From: Paecilomyces variotii
Taxonomy: Eukaryota
NCBI GenBank assembly: GCA_004022145.1
Contig: RCNU01000005.1
Direction: 5' to 3' (one strand)
DNA length: 64,000 bases
The translations under genes and the position numbers were made by a program. This document shows, piece by piece, positions 11,230 through 25,795 of this stretch. Positions within the stretch are counted from its first letter, which is position 1. Every line of letters starts with the position of its first letter. The notes under the pieces are model-generated. The model worked only from the letters and a program-made list of their open reading frames with translations, was not told where the DNA came from and did not search any database.

Positions 11230-14200
11230 TCACGAATCGGAGATATCGTAATCGTCGTCATCCTCACTGGCTTCTTGGCCCCTCTGATTGACGACTATAC
11301 GTTTGCCTAGACGATGTGGCGGCACTCCATCTCGAGAAGCTCCAAAGTCGAGAACCTGATTCAGGGTGTCAGCAATTTGGTCAAAGCAATAATTCATCCC
11401 TCCCGGTTGCACATACCTCGATGTAAGTCAGGTGATCCCGTTGAACGGCAGCAACGCATCTGCGGTCGTTGAACCTGACCTGCCACACACCGCTAAGTTC
11501 GGTAAGGAGATCCTTCACACATTCTCCAGTACGCACGTTCCACATCTTCAACGTTCGATCTGATCCAGAGATGACCTTCTGGCCGTCATGCTGGAAGCAC
11601 GTGATCGCACCGGTGTGGGCGCTCAACGTACTCTTGCACTGGCCATTTTCAGGATCCCAGATCCGCAATGTTGAATCCGCGGCTGCTGAGACGAGACGGT
11701 CGCATTTCAAGTCAAGGAGTCCCACGAGAGAAGTATGGCCCTCGAGGTTGTACAAGAGAGAGCCGGTCTCAAGAGACCAAACCTTGACCATATTATCCAT
11801 TGATCCGCTGATGCAACGGTTCCTTTCGTGGTCAAGAACCACACTGTACACTTTCAAAGTATGGCCCTGGAGCCTGTGGAGCGTCTCTCCAGTGGATATT
11901 TTCCACACTCTGACCGTACAGTCATAGCTTCCACTAACCAGAGTGTCGCCATGAGCTGCGATCGCGCGGACCGAGTGCTGATGTCCTGTAAGTACACGGA
12001 CAAAATATGGGCAATCAGCATCGTCTGCATGAGGACCGGCCTGAAAATACTGCGGGTCGCCAGGCTGCGGAAGTTTCCAGACGCGCAAATTGGAGTCACG
12101 AGAACCAGTAATGATCAATGGTTCCTTTGGCATCATCTCAGGCGAGCCATCGGCACGTTTGCCTACTTCCGCTGGCAGAAGGATCTGCAAACAACGTACC
12201 GTGGAAGTATGTCCTTGGAAGATCTGCGTGCACTTGGCCTTCTCGATATCCCACACCCGTACAGACCTGTCGGTAGAGCCAGAGACCAGTGTGTTACCAA
12301 GATACTCCAGCGCCCATACACCACCCTCGTGACCTTCGAGTGTGGCTCGAAGGGCACCGGTCTTAGTGTCGTATACGTTAATGTTGGTGTCATCGCTGCC
12401 GGTCAAGATCTTATCGGTATCGAACTGCAGACAGGTGACCACATGGCGATCATGAGCACGGAAAGCAATATGCTTCGGTTTAATATCGGGTCGCATCCAG
12501 CTCTTGTGGATGGAGTGATGTCGTTGGTAGAGCGACTTGTAAAGATGGAGACTCCTGAGGGATGGCAACCCAACGTCAGGATATGGCACTGCGGCAGCCG
12601 CAGCATTAGCTGCTGCGTATGGACCCTCGGTAGCAGCAACATCCCTCCAGCAGTCCATGGTCTCTGCACTCTCACCCTCGGAAGTAGAAATCTTTCTCTT
12701 TGCTGATTTGCGACTTCCACCTCGAGCCGCAGCCTTTCGCTTAGGACGTCGAAGGGACGAGGAGGGGCCTAACAGCTGTCTGTCATTGGGTCCACCTATT
12801 ATCGACATGGCAGACACAGAAGCTGCATCGGAACCTGCTCTTGAGACTGCAGTCGAACTCAGGTCCTTCTCCCAGTCATCAACACCATTGGGAAACTGCC
12901 AGCCCCAGCCCTCTCTGATAGCCCGCTGCAGTTCTCCCTCAGGAAGGACAAAACCGTCTCTGTCGAACAACTCTTTCCAGGTTTTCTCGTCAGAGTTGAT
13001 GATGTGTCGCCATTTCTTCGATACTTGTGCCGCTCGACACATAGTCTGAACATCGAAATATTTGACAATGTTCAAGCTAAGTTCAGGCGGTAGAAGAGCC
13101 AAGAAATCACACTTAAGAGCCGGGTTTACGACATCAGCAACGAAGTGTAGCGTTGGCTTGGGACACCGTCTCAAGAACTGGTACATCAGGTAAGTTTTCA
13201 ACTCATCTGGCACCGAGTCGAAAAAGTTCAGCATAACGGGGATATCCATCAAGGAACCAGTAGACCTTGGGCCATCCACAGCTGCAAACGAGTTCTCAGC
13301 CACGGCACTCTGAGAAACTACTGCATCGATGTCCCGCACGCCCAGTGACTTGGACGCGGCGGGAATATGGTTCTCGAAACTCGAGTCGGTATCTGTCCCC
13401 TGATCTTCCGTTGAATCGAAGAATGAGTCTGCATTTTGTGCGTTCATTGCCGTCACAGGAGAGAGGCTCGGACTCGGTAAGCACATATCCTGCGCGACGG
13501 CACTATCAATGGCTGTCAGACGCGAGGTGGAGACAGAAGGACCTTCTTGTGAGACATCCGCAGATGTCTCGACAACCTCATGTTGCACGAGATCAGGACC
13601 ACCAATGTCATTTTCTACATTATGGCCAGCTTCAGCAACCTGGAGGCTCTGCTCTCCGGAGCCTGTACGGGTTTCGGTTATTTCTTCGTCGGGGCCCGAG
13701 ATCTCCGTACGGAAGTTCTCCTTTCCCTTTCCAGAAGGATGAGTCGAATTCGGAGTGGGCTTGGCTCTGTGTTGCTCTGTCTCTGTGGATAGCGGGGAGC
13801 GTAAGAGACTTTCCTTCCGATGGAAGCTACCACCACGAATCCTTCGTCGAGATAGAGAACCTTCGCTGATGATTTGGCTATGTTCTGTTTCTGGCGTAGC
13901 CAAACCAACTGTTGCAGGACGCGAATGGATGGCGCTCCTGTGTCGGGAACCCCCCCGATACGCGTAAGAACCAGGCCCGACTAAGGCAGGCGTACCGTGC
14001 GCAGTATAGGCAGCGTCTGACATGGATACCGGAGATACAGGACGGCGTCTGGAGCTGGAGCAATTGCGGGATGACTGACGGGAGAGCCTAGGGGGCGCAG
14101 ATCGTCGGGGCAGGGTCGTTTCATGGGATGGGTTGTATGTGGTTACTGACTTCAGGGTACCATTCGATTCCTTCAATGCGTCATGCTGTCCCTTCAGCTG

Positions 14201-14703
14201 TAGTAGCAGTAGTCAGTCAGTATCATCGTGGCGTGGTCAGAAACCAACGGCAGGTCGGTGAAACGTACCTCCTCCAGGGTGCCGAGAGTGTCTTCCGGCT
14301 CCTTGAATATAACCGACCTTCCCGCCATCTCAAATTTAATGTTTCTCAGAGACGATGGAGTCGGGGTTGAGGCCAACGGGTATAGCTTAGGGTCAAGGTC
14401 CCTGGTAGCTCGGGGTGGTTTCATCACCAGTGGAGGGAAGTTGGTGGTGGTGGTCGTCGTGGTAGTCACCACGGTGGTACGCGTTGCGGGTGCAAAGGAG
14501 AACTGGCCTAGCGAGGTGCCCGAAACCACATTTCTCAAGTCCGTCGTCGGTGGTTGACGCCTGTGCGGTTGAGCAAAGCCGTTATTCACGGATGGGTAAG
14601 GTGCTGGTTCAGGCGTGCGGGAGGGGAATGGCGACGCGTCTCTGGCCCCCGAGCGTGAGGCCGTCTCTTCCATATCGATAGGGATCGAGGATTCCAAGGC
14701 CAT
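11230..14703 (-). CDS. CDC4: F-box/WD40 SCF substrate receptor Cdc4
   Basis: F-box DFLALLPPELSLNIVKYFD followed by WD40 repeats (GHEGGVWAL, SGSTDRSVRVW). Introns at 14268-14198 and 11416-11356. Confidence 0.93.
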
Positions 14704-15486
14704 CTCCTCCCAGTAGGCCAGATGGGTCTGCTTGTTCTGCTGTTGGAGAAAGCCAACGTGTCGTGAACGCCGTAAGCGGGCGGTTGCACCTATATCGGAT
14801 GCTGGCGAAAAACGGTCCGTATACGCAGGCTACACCTGCAGAAACCTCACACTGCCCGCTACCACTGTTGCAAGCAGTCGATTAAAGCATGATGCTCTGC
14901 ATGATACTGCCAATACAGACCAGCGGAGGAAGAAAGAACAGAACAGAACAGGACAGAGAGTGGATGAAGTCGGCTGAAGAGTGGGAAGTTTGGGCGGCGG
15001 GAGCGAGAAGGGAGGCAGAGCAGTCCATTATTAGCAGGTGGTTGGTTGTGCCTCCCTCGTCAGCGTCGGGCGGTAAGCAAGGTCTGGATCTGCCCCCACA
15101 CCGGCACAAAGACAGAGAAACACGACAGATAATAGTACTATTTAATGAACACGAACAATACGGTACTTGGGATCGATTGGGTAGAAATCGTGGATCGATC
15201 TACAGTGGGAAATGCCAAAGCAAAGAGTAATGAGCAGAAGAGGAAATGGTTATTGTTCTTCTTCTTCTTCTTTTTCTTTTCTTTTTGCCTCTCGTCCTCA
15301 GCTGCAGGGACTCGCAGGTTTCCATCGCGGGAGGAGGCTCAGTTGCCCGCAGTTCCGCGACGGCCTTTCTTTCTTATCCAGCACTAAGTAAGAGACTCTT
15401 AGCTTCACGATGTAACTAACTTAAACCCCAGAGAGTAGGTATTTATTTCCTTTCCAGTTTCCACAGACTCAAATCCGTCGTCTAAG

Positions 15487-15510
15487 TATTATTATTATTA
15501 TTATTATTAT
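15487..15510. repeat. (TAT)8 microsatellite
   Basis: Read directly from the sequence. Confidence 0.9.
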
Positions 15511-17673
15511 CACTATCATTATCATTAGCACAAATTCCTCTCCCTCGCAAAGGCCCCTTCCGTCAACCTTTTCGGGGACCACCACGTGATGTGGTGGCAA
15601 CGTATGTTTTAACGTCGAGTATTATTATTAGATAGAGCAAATGAGCAAAACACTTTGCGATAGATGCAGATAATAATAATTAGACAGCATAGAGATAATA
15701 ATGCCCAAACGGAGCAAATACTCAACACCTGCAGCTGTGAGGGTTGAGCTCTAATGCATGATCTTGTCACGCAGAGACCACATGAACACGACGAGATCAT
15801 CCATCATGTACTACGCCCGTCCTGCTTCTTGCTTGCTATTTGACAGCACACTTTATTTTCCGGATCTGTAGCCGGTAAGGGGCGATTACGATTACCAGTA
15901 CACGAGTAAAACAGCTGTGTGCTCCCCCTTCTGTGATCAATAACTAGGAAGATGTAATATCTGTCAAGATGGGGTTCTCCACCTCGATCTCTGATTCTGT
16001 CATTTATTATTATCACGTAGATGACTCGGATATGGATTATTATTAGAGCAGAGCCCGTCAGCCCTGGTGGAACTTGACGCTCCATCATCGAGTCCAGAGT
16101 CCAGACCCACTTGAAAAAAAAGTACCGTACGGGATTCCTGACCCCCACTCCGGATCGAGCATTTAAGGTGGAAAAGTGGCTGAGCCTAAGGCTGCTAGTA
16201 GGAACCACAATGGGTTACCACTCTCAAAAGACAGACGCGACGGTGAGTTAACTACCTAGGTAGGTATCTATATCATTTCGTTTAAGAGTATTATTTATGG
16301 ATTTTTGGTTTCTTATGAAAGTCTTGTAGAAAGATCTCAGTTGGATCTATAATGTTCTACTTTACAGTACGATCGTCCCTTCCACCTATCAGAAACAAAT
16401 ATATATCTGTGGCTTTTGAATTAAGTACTCGCTGCAACCAGTGCCACATGATCTTTACTGAGAGTCTGAGACAATCTTTCCAAGAAAACCATTCTTAATA
16501 GCGAACTCTTCACTGTGGTTTTCTCTTTGGCAACTCTGAACATCTATCATAAGATCATAACTGAATAGTCAACTTAGTTTAACTAATAGTTGGATTCGGA
16601 CGTTGACTAATCATATGATTGTGCTCTGGACCTGCCGATATTAACTTAACATGGTGCGATGGAGAGACTCTACTACACCAGACGTGAGGATCAGGTGGTT
16701 CCAGGAGGCAAAGTATCTCTGGCTGAACTAACATATGCAGGCTGTTTTCGACATCGATTGACTGCTATGACCGAGATAGATTAGTGGATATTATCCTCGA
16801 TTCCTGAACGAAGAGTACTTACTAACTACCGGTATTTTAAAGAATGGACCCATGCCTTTGTAAGATATACAAAGACGAATTACTGCAACAACGACGAAAA
16901 AATTAGATATTGAAAGACGATATCAAGATTTCCTTGCAAACACATTTTTAAATCGACTCTCCACCTTCGCTCCCTATGCCAAGTTCGAGAAGGAAGTGTA
17001 CTTTTCTTTTTGAAAAGGAACCACTGTATATATGCCTACTGCTAATCTTTTATTTATATCGTTGAATGCCATACAAGAACCAATTTATGTCTCTGACGTA
17101 GTCAACAGATAAGGCCTGGTCTCCGTTTGTCCAAGCGTGCTGTCGCTCCTGACAAGATGCGGATGGCCGTTTGCTTCAGATCCGAAACATGTACTACCTT
17201 TAGAGCGCGAACAACGGATGCTACAATAAGCTGCTAAAGGAGAAAGCATTGTTATGATACAGTGAATCGTGCATATTCACTACCTGTAGTCTATTGAGCC
17301 TGGGCTATTGAATACGCCGATTGACTGAAAGACGTTGCAACGCGGAAAAGGAAGGCGCGTGGGTGGGTAGGGCAGCGACTTCCCCAGGAGAAGGGAAAGG
17401 ACTCTCCCACCACTTCCCATCACTTCCCACCCTTCCTGAACCTGCAAAAACACGCAGACGAAATTCAAATTTATCCATAAGATCTCCCCAAGGCTCGTTT
17501 TATCATCTACATTTCCACCCATCGCTCCTGAGAGCGCTACCGGTCAATTCAGTCACTTGACAAAGAAAGCAGCCGTCTCCTTCAATTCCATTCAGGACCG
17601 CGCCCGAGATCTTTCCTCCAAGGACGTTTTGAGTAACAGTACTTAGGCGATTTTTGATAGGAAGCAGTACGGA

Positions 17674-20485
17674 ATGGTTCGCATCAAGTATGTTGAGCCT
17701 CGCAAGGCTCAGATGCAGGCTGCTACTCCGCGTATCCTGGGCGCCAACCCCCCGAAGTCGGCACAAAAAGAGCAACAGGATCGAAAACAAATCATCGAGA
17801 GGCCATTGGTTTCAAGACAGTCACAGGCTGTTAGACAGCAACAGAGCCAGGAAATGGTGCAGATTATGTTACATGTATCGGTCAGTATGCACTACCCCAT
17901 ATTTGTTTGTTGAATGGGACTAACACGTCTATCCTGCAGTTCGGAACATTGTTTTATCTCCGGTCAGTCGACATAGACGTAAACCATATGAAATTCAAGA
18001 CAACCTGACTCTTCACAGTGAATTCTTGCCACTTCAATGTTTCGAGGACAGAGACTTACGGCTGGCCCATAAAGAGAATAGTCTGTCATACCGCCAATTT
18101 GTCAACGGAAAAGCGTCGCTGGCGGAATACAACGAGCAGAAAAGACGAGACTTCGGACAGGGAAAGCGTGGTCAACCGCTGAAGATTCTTGTCCGCAATC
18201 GCGACGCAAAAGCTGATGAACTTCTTGACCTCCTAGTAAGAATAACTCTCAATACCTCACAGTCGGAAGCGGCTATTGATAAAAACAGGAGGGAGGCATA
18301 TTCGACGCGCTTGAGAAAAATTTCCTGGAAGCCATCCAACTGACAGTGATTGTCGACGAGGCTTACCCGGAAAACGTGCTCGAGAGTTACACGTTCACCT
18401 TCAAGTATACCGGCGCCAACGGAGCTGTGGATAGACGTTTAGCAAGCGTCTCTCTGGCGTCAACTGACTGTGTAGCTGATATGAAGACTACTCAGGCTGC
18501 TAGATTGGGCCTGGAGATGATTATACGTCGCCTGATTACTCTCAGTACTTTCCTTCCGGTTCTTCCCAGTACTATTGTCCTTCTCTATCTCCTATATTAC
18601 AGTGACTAACGCATTTTTCAGACAAGCGGAGCCTGGGAATCCACCTCTTTTACACCGAAGATTGCCCCAGAGACTATGAGCCTTCCGGGTTCACTACCGC
18701 AGCCGATGAAAGAATTTGCTTCCCGTGTAACGAGGATTGGCAGAAGCAAACTCAGTCTTGCGGTGCTATGGACAGTGGCCATCATACGTGGGTACATCTC
18801 AACATCGGTCTGAAAACTACTGACACATCTCAGCGTCGGACTCAAAGTCACTTCATTGAAATGGATGGGCCCGGAGCAGGACGGCTCGGAGAACGTCGCT
18901 CAAGTTCCTTCGGATCTCCAATATACGGATAGTATATCACGTACAGAGGAGATTGGGATTTCCCCTAACGATGCAATGCAAATTGTAACAGAAAAAAGTA
19001 TGTGTGACTATGGGCTCAGCACAAATGCCGGACACAAAGACTCACCGCGGTTCGCTCGAGTAGACAGCTCCCAGGAATCAACCCAAGCACGCCATGACGC
19101 AGAAGAGAAACAGAGACTGCAGAAGATGATGCCGGTTGGTTGAGCCACAAGATATCCTACTTGGTGAGGAGATGGAATAACTCACGAAAATTCGTAGATG
19201 GCCTCGTCCACTCCTGATGGTGAACTGGTTCCTACCCAGCAGCTAAATTATGCTAGCAACTTCAGTCTGTGGGATGACGACTCGCCTAACGTGCATGAGC
19301 ACCTTCAGCTTTCAGAGACGAAAGCATCTCAAATCCGGCAGCGCATAAGTTCATTGACACCTGATAACCGTACAAGCAACACAGCTAAGGTGATAAGATG
19401 CCAGTGCAGCTGGAACGGAGAAGAACCAGACATGGTACGCGTATGTTTTCTCATGCAGCTGTCTCAAGCTAATTGTGCAAAAAGATCAAGTGTTCGTTCT
19501 GCCATACTTATCAACACGCTCTCTGTTATGGTTTCGCAAACCCCACGGACTCCCGACTTCCGGAAATTCATGCTTGTTATAGATGCCTCCTAGAGCCTAG
19601 TGAACCATCCTTGCTTCGGGAGCTGAATACGCTTGTTCTCCTCAGGAGAGCATTGAAGATCATTATGGAAGATGGCTACCCTCATAGGATATCAGCTTTC
19701 TCACAGAAACTCCGTAAGCTTCCCGAAGACCGTTTCTGCTATGTGTTACTTGATTCCTAAGAGAAGATAGACTGCAATGGACAGACTGTGGTCCAGGTGG
19801 AAAACTTTCTAAGAAAGCAGGGGTTCATCCGGCCTACTCCAGGAAATAAAAGCAAAGGATTCCTGACAACGGGTCTACCAAAGTACACAATCCCACAGTC
19901 ACCGGAGAGCAAACAAAGGATGCGCAGGGAAATATTCAACCCAGTGGCAAAGATTGAACATTATGTGAGTACAAAGCCACGTCTCCAAGAATTTTTTACT
20001 CAACGTATCGTCAGTATATCTGCAATCCCACGAAGAATACTGTTTCTACAAAAGACTCGGCACTTTCATTCCAACGTTCTCACAAAGCAGATGAACTCCA
20101 ATCCCGGTCGCTTCCTCCTCATCTCCAAGATAATGGAAGCAAAGAGTACCAGAGCTCTGATGATGAATTGACAGACATGGTTGATAGGAGTCAGAGTCCA
20201 AAGAGGAAACTGTCGGCGAGAGACGCCAGTGATCTCTGCGACCAGTATTCCAGCAGCCAAATGTCTGTACCGGCCTCAATGCCAACTCAGGCCAACGTAG
20301 ACGGCAACACAATGAGAAAACAAGACCTGGAGACATTTTCCACTCTCGGCGCTCTAAAGAGACGTTCAATTGACAGCTCCGCGGTAGAAGCAAACATCGA
20401 CCGGCCAGAGAAAAGGCGCAAAATGAGTGCTGCGGCGAAGCACGTCGACGTTGGAGTGATATCTACAGACGAAGACAGTTCCTAA
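17674..20485 (+). CDS. HOP1: Meiotic HORMA-domain axis protein Hop1 (HORMA + PHD + winged-helix-like region)
   Basis: About 10 exons splice into one frame. HORMA segments FGTLFYLREFLPLQCF, GIFDALEKNFL, VLESYTFTFKY and CPRDYEPSGF; PHD IRCQC...CSFCHTYQHALCYG...HACYRC. Confidence 0.88.
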
Positions 20486-23400
20486 GCCATGCCTCGATGA
20501 AATACTAGTAGTTCACTCCATACCATGATCTAACAGCAAACTGGTTCTGTCATCAGTTATCGCAGTGTAAGTTTCTTTTGTCCCTTCCGTGAAAAAGGGG
20601 AGCTAGAGTCCCGTCGTTGTCAATCGAGGCGTCTCTGATACCATTTGCAGGAGCCTCCTATCTGGCCCCTCTCCATGAAGACTCCAAAAATCTGCAATTT
20701 ATTCAAGCAATGACTGAAGTGTGGAAAGGATATGGTACCACAATTATTTGTAATAAGCAACATATTTAGTTAAACCACGATCCGATTATCCTGACTTCTT
20801 CCTGTAATTGCTCGACGTAGTGGCCAGAGCTCCATCTTATACTCTTGGTATACTATTGTGCAGATCTTCTCCACTTGGGGCAAAACTAAGCTGAACCTGT
20901 CATTGTGACGCTCAAGCTGCCTCACAGACTATTGTTTTTTAATCATTTTCTTTGCAGCCACAGGCGCTTAAGTATGATAGCTTGTGTATAAGCTTCTACT
21001 ACGCCCTGAAGTTTAACCATTTTATCGGGGAGTGGATCATCACGAAGATCCCGGACCCTGAGATCCCCAGCTCGCGTGGCAAGGGTCATGAGATCGCTTT
21101 CGAACGTCGTCCCATCTTCTGCCCGGATGGCGTTACCCAATAATAGATGGACCCCGATGTCCTGGTTATCTAATTTTCCATACGCCAAGTGGACCAAGCT
21201 GCCTTCCCTATTATTATGAATATGAGGTACAGTACAATAATAGGGGCCTTCGAGTACCGACAGAGGGTTACTCCTTTGTTGCCGTGGCTTCCAAATAAAG
21301 GTTAGACAGTGTTACGTCTATCTAGAACCTTTTTGTTGTACAGTACTTTGCAATGCGACATCTATACGAATGTGTGAGAGAGACTACTGACAGTCAGTCA
21401 ATTTGCAAGGTGTCAACAGTAAACATGGACCGTAAGTAACTAACGCATCGGCCCATTTTGAAAGTTGAGATGAATCATGACCCGTCTGGGTTTTTCCAAA
21501 TTCCTCCTCAATGTCTGTGCTCTGTATGATGATTTCGGAAAGATCTAGTTATTGGACTGAAAGTAGTCCCGACAGAATGGCTCTAGATACTCTCATCGTA
21601 CGGCCTCCAGTGGTGGCGCATATTTGTCAATTGACAAATCGTGCGATATCAAGTTCGTATAAACCATCTAAACACCTTCAATGGGCTGAAGTATTTACAA
21701 GACGGGATGAAGCAGAAGACCGCGACGCAGATCCGAAGGTGCTCTGTAAACAACGCGGGAGATACTGTAGGTAAAAAATTAATGATTAATTTACCACGGG
21801 TTTGGTAAAAAAAAAAAAGGGGGTCCTTGTCAGGATCTACAACCGGCGCGCCACTGTTGACAGCGGGTGCTCCAGGAAACTCAAATCTTTCTCTCCCAGT
21901 TTCCCCTCTCTTCTTTAATAATAATAATATAAATAATCCATATAGGCAACAGAGTCAGACAGACAACCCCACTATGACGGCTAATTTTCAGCAGAAATTA
22001 TTAGTCTAGTCTAGTTCATTATTATGCAGTTATCGCAGCGCGCGGATCAAGAGTTTGTCTCTTATTTCCCATCCCATCTCTATCTGTACTACTGGCAATT
22101 TGTATTTAGATTACTCCACGAACATCTCTCGTATTTAAAAGGATTAGGGTTCGTGGTCATTTACTATTAGTTATGAAAACCAATACGAATCTGGAATGAC
22201 GCGGGTTATTATTAATGATTTAATTGAGCAAGCACAGACAATGGAGTATGTACTCAGCAATTCTAACTCAACTGGGGATAAGGGGGAAAAAACGCCATGT
22301 GCTTTGCCGTCAATCCCGCCCGCCCATTTTCGTCCTTTTTGTTTCCCTTTTGGACTTTTCGGGGGCCCGGCGCGCGGAAGATCGATAGTCTAGTCTAGCT
22401 ATCTAGTCTCGGTAGGAATTAATTTTTCTTGTTCCCGAGAACTGCGAGATATGATTGATTAGTTACCATCGATAACTGTAATACTATCGGAAAAGGGGAC
22501 TTAGATGTCTTGACGGCTTAACGGTCCGTCGGTTCCGTCTGGTCTATCTACTGGACTCTGCTGTGGATGGATGTCTTGTTCGACAGCGGCGGTGTTTATG
22601 AATAATCAATAATAAACTGCACTAACTAGATAGAATTTAGATACTCCTGAAGCCTTAAGGAGAGCAACAAGAAAAAAAAGTGTTAGCACTAAAGTAGATC
22701 AACAATAATAACAATACTATTCAGGTATAATTGATCTACTTTGCATTCAACCCTGCAGGGCTTAAGGGACATGGATTTTCACAGGGGGTAGATAGATAGG
22801 GCATGAGAAAAAAGGAATAAAAGGGAAGAAGCTGGAATAGGATAAACCGATTCCAGTAGTGATAAACGATGGACGGACCATGAAGGAGAAGAAGGGCGTG
22901 CTCATGATCATGGATCATGACGATAACTGATAACTAATAAGCACAGGGATAAGAATTAATCCTCATAATATACTCCGTACTCCGTATATTGTACCAAATG
23001 ACTGGGGCGGGGAGCGAGTACCGCAGACTCGGTAGACGAGCTCCAGATGATCCTCTGACCGGTCAAACTCAGTCTTTCTCTCCCTGGTTTTGATGATGGT
23101 CTGGTTGGTGACTCCGTATCTGTAGATGATGATGTTCCATGCATGCTGTCAAGTCAGTTGTCCCGACGTAAGGATTAGTGCGGTTTGTGTATCTACAAGG
23201 AATACTCTAGGACATAAACCGACCGGGGATGCGAAGCGTTGGAATCGATTGTATACTCCGTAGTCTGGGATTCGTTTTGGCAGGTAAGTGATTAGTGACT
23301 CGGGTAAAGAAATGGTATTCGCTGAGTCGAGTCAACTAGCAGGAACAGCACGAGGGTGTCAATAATAATCATGCAAGTCAGGTTATGACATTCTTTAATT

Positions 23401-25795
23401 GCCCGGGGCAGAAAATGGCAAAGGAGTCTTGGCTGGTGTCTCTCCTTTCCCGAAGTGGCGGGGATGGAAATCAATTTACAAAGCCAGCGCGGTTAGGCGT
23501 CCAGGTCAGTTTCCGAGCGACAGAATTTGGCGCTTTGTTAGTGCTACTCCACGCGATCATCGATTCTCATGCACACCGTCTCTTTGCCAGGTCGGTCGTG
23601 TCCGTGTGCCTGGTGGAGGGAGTCTTGCTCTGTTTGCGGGATGGTTAATATCGACAACGAACAATAATACATAATAGCCACCGTTTATCTCGACTGAATC
23701 GGAGGGAACGAGAAAGGTTTTCTTCTGGGGAACAGTCCATGGGAGGTTGACTTGACAATAACAATAATAATAGGAGGTTTCTATTCTTAAATGATTTGCC
23801 TGGGAAGAAAACCCATGTTGGACTAACCATCCTGCCTGTTCCTTGTCGCAATTACCGCTGGGAGAGAATGGCACGTCTGACTGATCATGTTTCACCGGTC
23901 AACTGCCGTACCTTGCATGCAGAAAGCGCGAACTAGCATCTGTCAAAGTGTCGGTTAATAATGTCTCATTGGCTTGGTTGTTGGCATTGCCTTCTAGCCT
24001 TTTTCTCCGTTTCTATTTCTGGTCCCCGCCGGTGTTTTGGGTGGTGAATTCCTTCTCGATGGACTTGATGATTTGATTTTATCTTTGATCTTCGTCTTCG
24101 CCTCTCAATCTCGCAATTGATGATGTGGCTGGGAAAGAAGAGATAAGGCGATTGTGAGATGGCGATTCTGGGGATCTCGACTGGGAATTGCGTTCATTAA
24201 TGACTTGATAGCTCACGTCTACTATAGAATAGAGATGGGTACCAGATTCTATAGAAGAAACCTTCGTGAGCGCTCTGGAGAGTCTGATTTGTGGTCCTGG
24301 ACTGCTTGACAGCAGCAGAGTTTGCCCGTCCTGGGGGAGAACTCGTTAACTTGTTCTAGCGTCCGACTCGTTTCCCAGGGGTTCGCCAACCAGAATTGCC
24401 GATGGATGAGATCTCCGACCAGACGGATCGCCCGCGATCGCAAACAAGAGAACTATTATATTTTCTTTTTGGACGGGACCAGAGATAGAAGGGATGATAG
24501 TCTACAGCCACCACTGGCTGCCTTTTCTGTCGATCGAGCTGGTTGCACGGCAGAGACAGTATGTTTAGTTACAGTTACACAGTCCTGTCAGTCGAGGATC
24601 AAGCAAGGGACAGTGGCAGCTGGCTGAACAGAACAAAGACAATTCCCCGTCTTCCTGCAGAGAGAACGTGCAGCACTGCAGCTTTCTTTTCCCCCAGTGT
24701 CACCCACAATGGGACATGACACCAAACACCAAACAACAAACAACAAAAGAACCATGGTATCACTATGACTCCGTACTCATCCTGATACACGAACCTGTCC
24801 ACTTTTACCCGAATCTAGAGCTTCGTGGGGCCCGCCAGATGAGTTGTTCTCTGTGCTCAGCCCTTTTCTCAAGACGCCAGGCACCCGAGGTCAATTCAAC
24901 GAGAAGAATTGTTGACGGCGACCTTCATCTTTCTGCTCCACGAACTTAGACCGCAGAGACCCCTGAAGCGTTCCACTCTATCACAGACTAAGAAATGGGC
25001 TAAACATGGGTAAGATACGCCCGCTTATCCAGGTCGATCCTAGACAGTCCACTACCACGTCGATGCTAACCATCGTCGTCCAAGTCGATCTCGCCAGTGA
25101 CGCAGGCTCTCAGTTACCGGTGGCCGCCGGGCTTGGTCCTCCGCGCACACGAGTACGGGCCTTGGGATTGTTCGCAAGCCTCGAGGCGCTTGGAGCTCCA
25201 CGCTCCACAGCAGCAGGCACTAACAGTTCACAATGAAAGCCCGGTGATCGCCCGACTCGACTTTCTTTTGCGTGGTTCCCTGACAGCGTGGTGCTGGCCA
25301 AACGATGCTAGATTAAGTACTACTACGACTGCCCCTTAAGCACCCGGATCTGCCTCTCTCTCTTTTTATCGTGATGGCCCGGACGTGATTTCCAGCGCCA
25401 GTCTCTCGTTTTGAAGCATCTACCACCAATTCTTCTTCTTTCTCCCATCCTTTACTTCATATATTTCTTGCAGGGCTTCTCACGGGCTGGGAATCGGTCA
25501 GATCAATTGCACCGCCGCCGCAGTGTTCGATTCCTCTTCGACCTCGTTTTCACAATATCTCGAAGACGTCAGTGTCCTTTTGCTCGTCATTCGAGTGTTC
25601 CGTGGAACTGGGTGGAGTTCGGTTCCGGTTCCTCGTGGATTTGTGCTCAGGAACACCTGTTTCCGTGGACCGGGCCCTGCGATCTTGTGGTTACGGACCG
25701 GCAAGTTACGGTTCGTGTCCGGAACAAAACAAATCGGATTGTTTGACCTCGGCGAATTAGACGTAGGTATATGAGAGCAGATCGCTCCTATAGCC

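Noticed and set aside
11828-12706. 292-aa plus-strand ORF
   Set aside because: Antisense shadow of the CDC4 WD40 region.
16650-17200. Broken plus-strand frames with intron-like signals between CDC4 and HOP1
   Set aside because: Needs a stop readthrough and a frameshift and resembles no family I recognise; cannot be supported without a BLASTx search.
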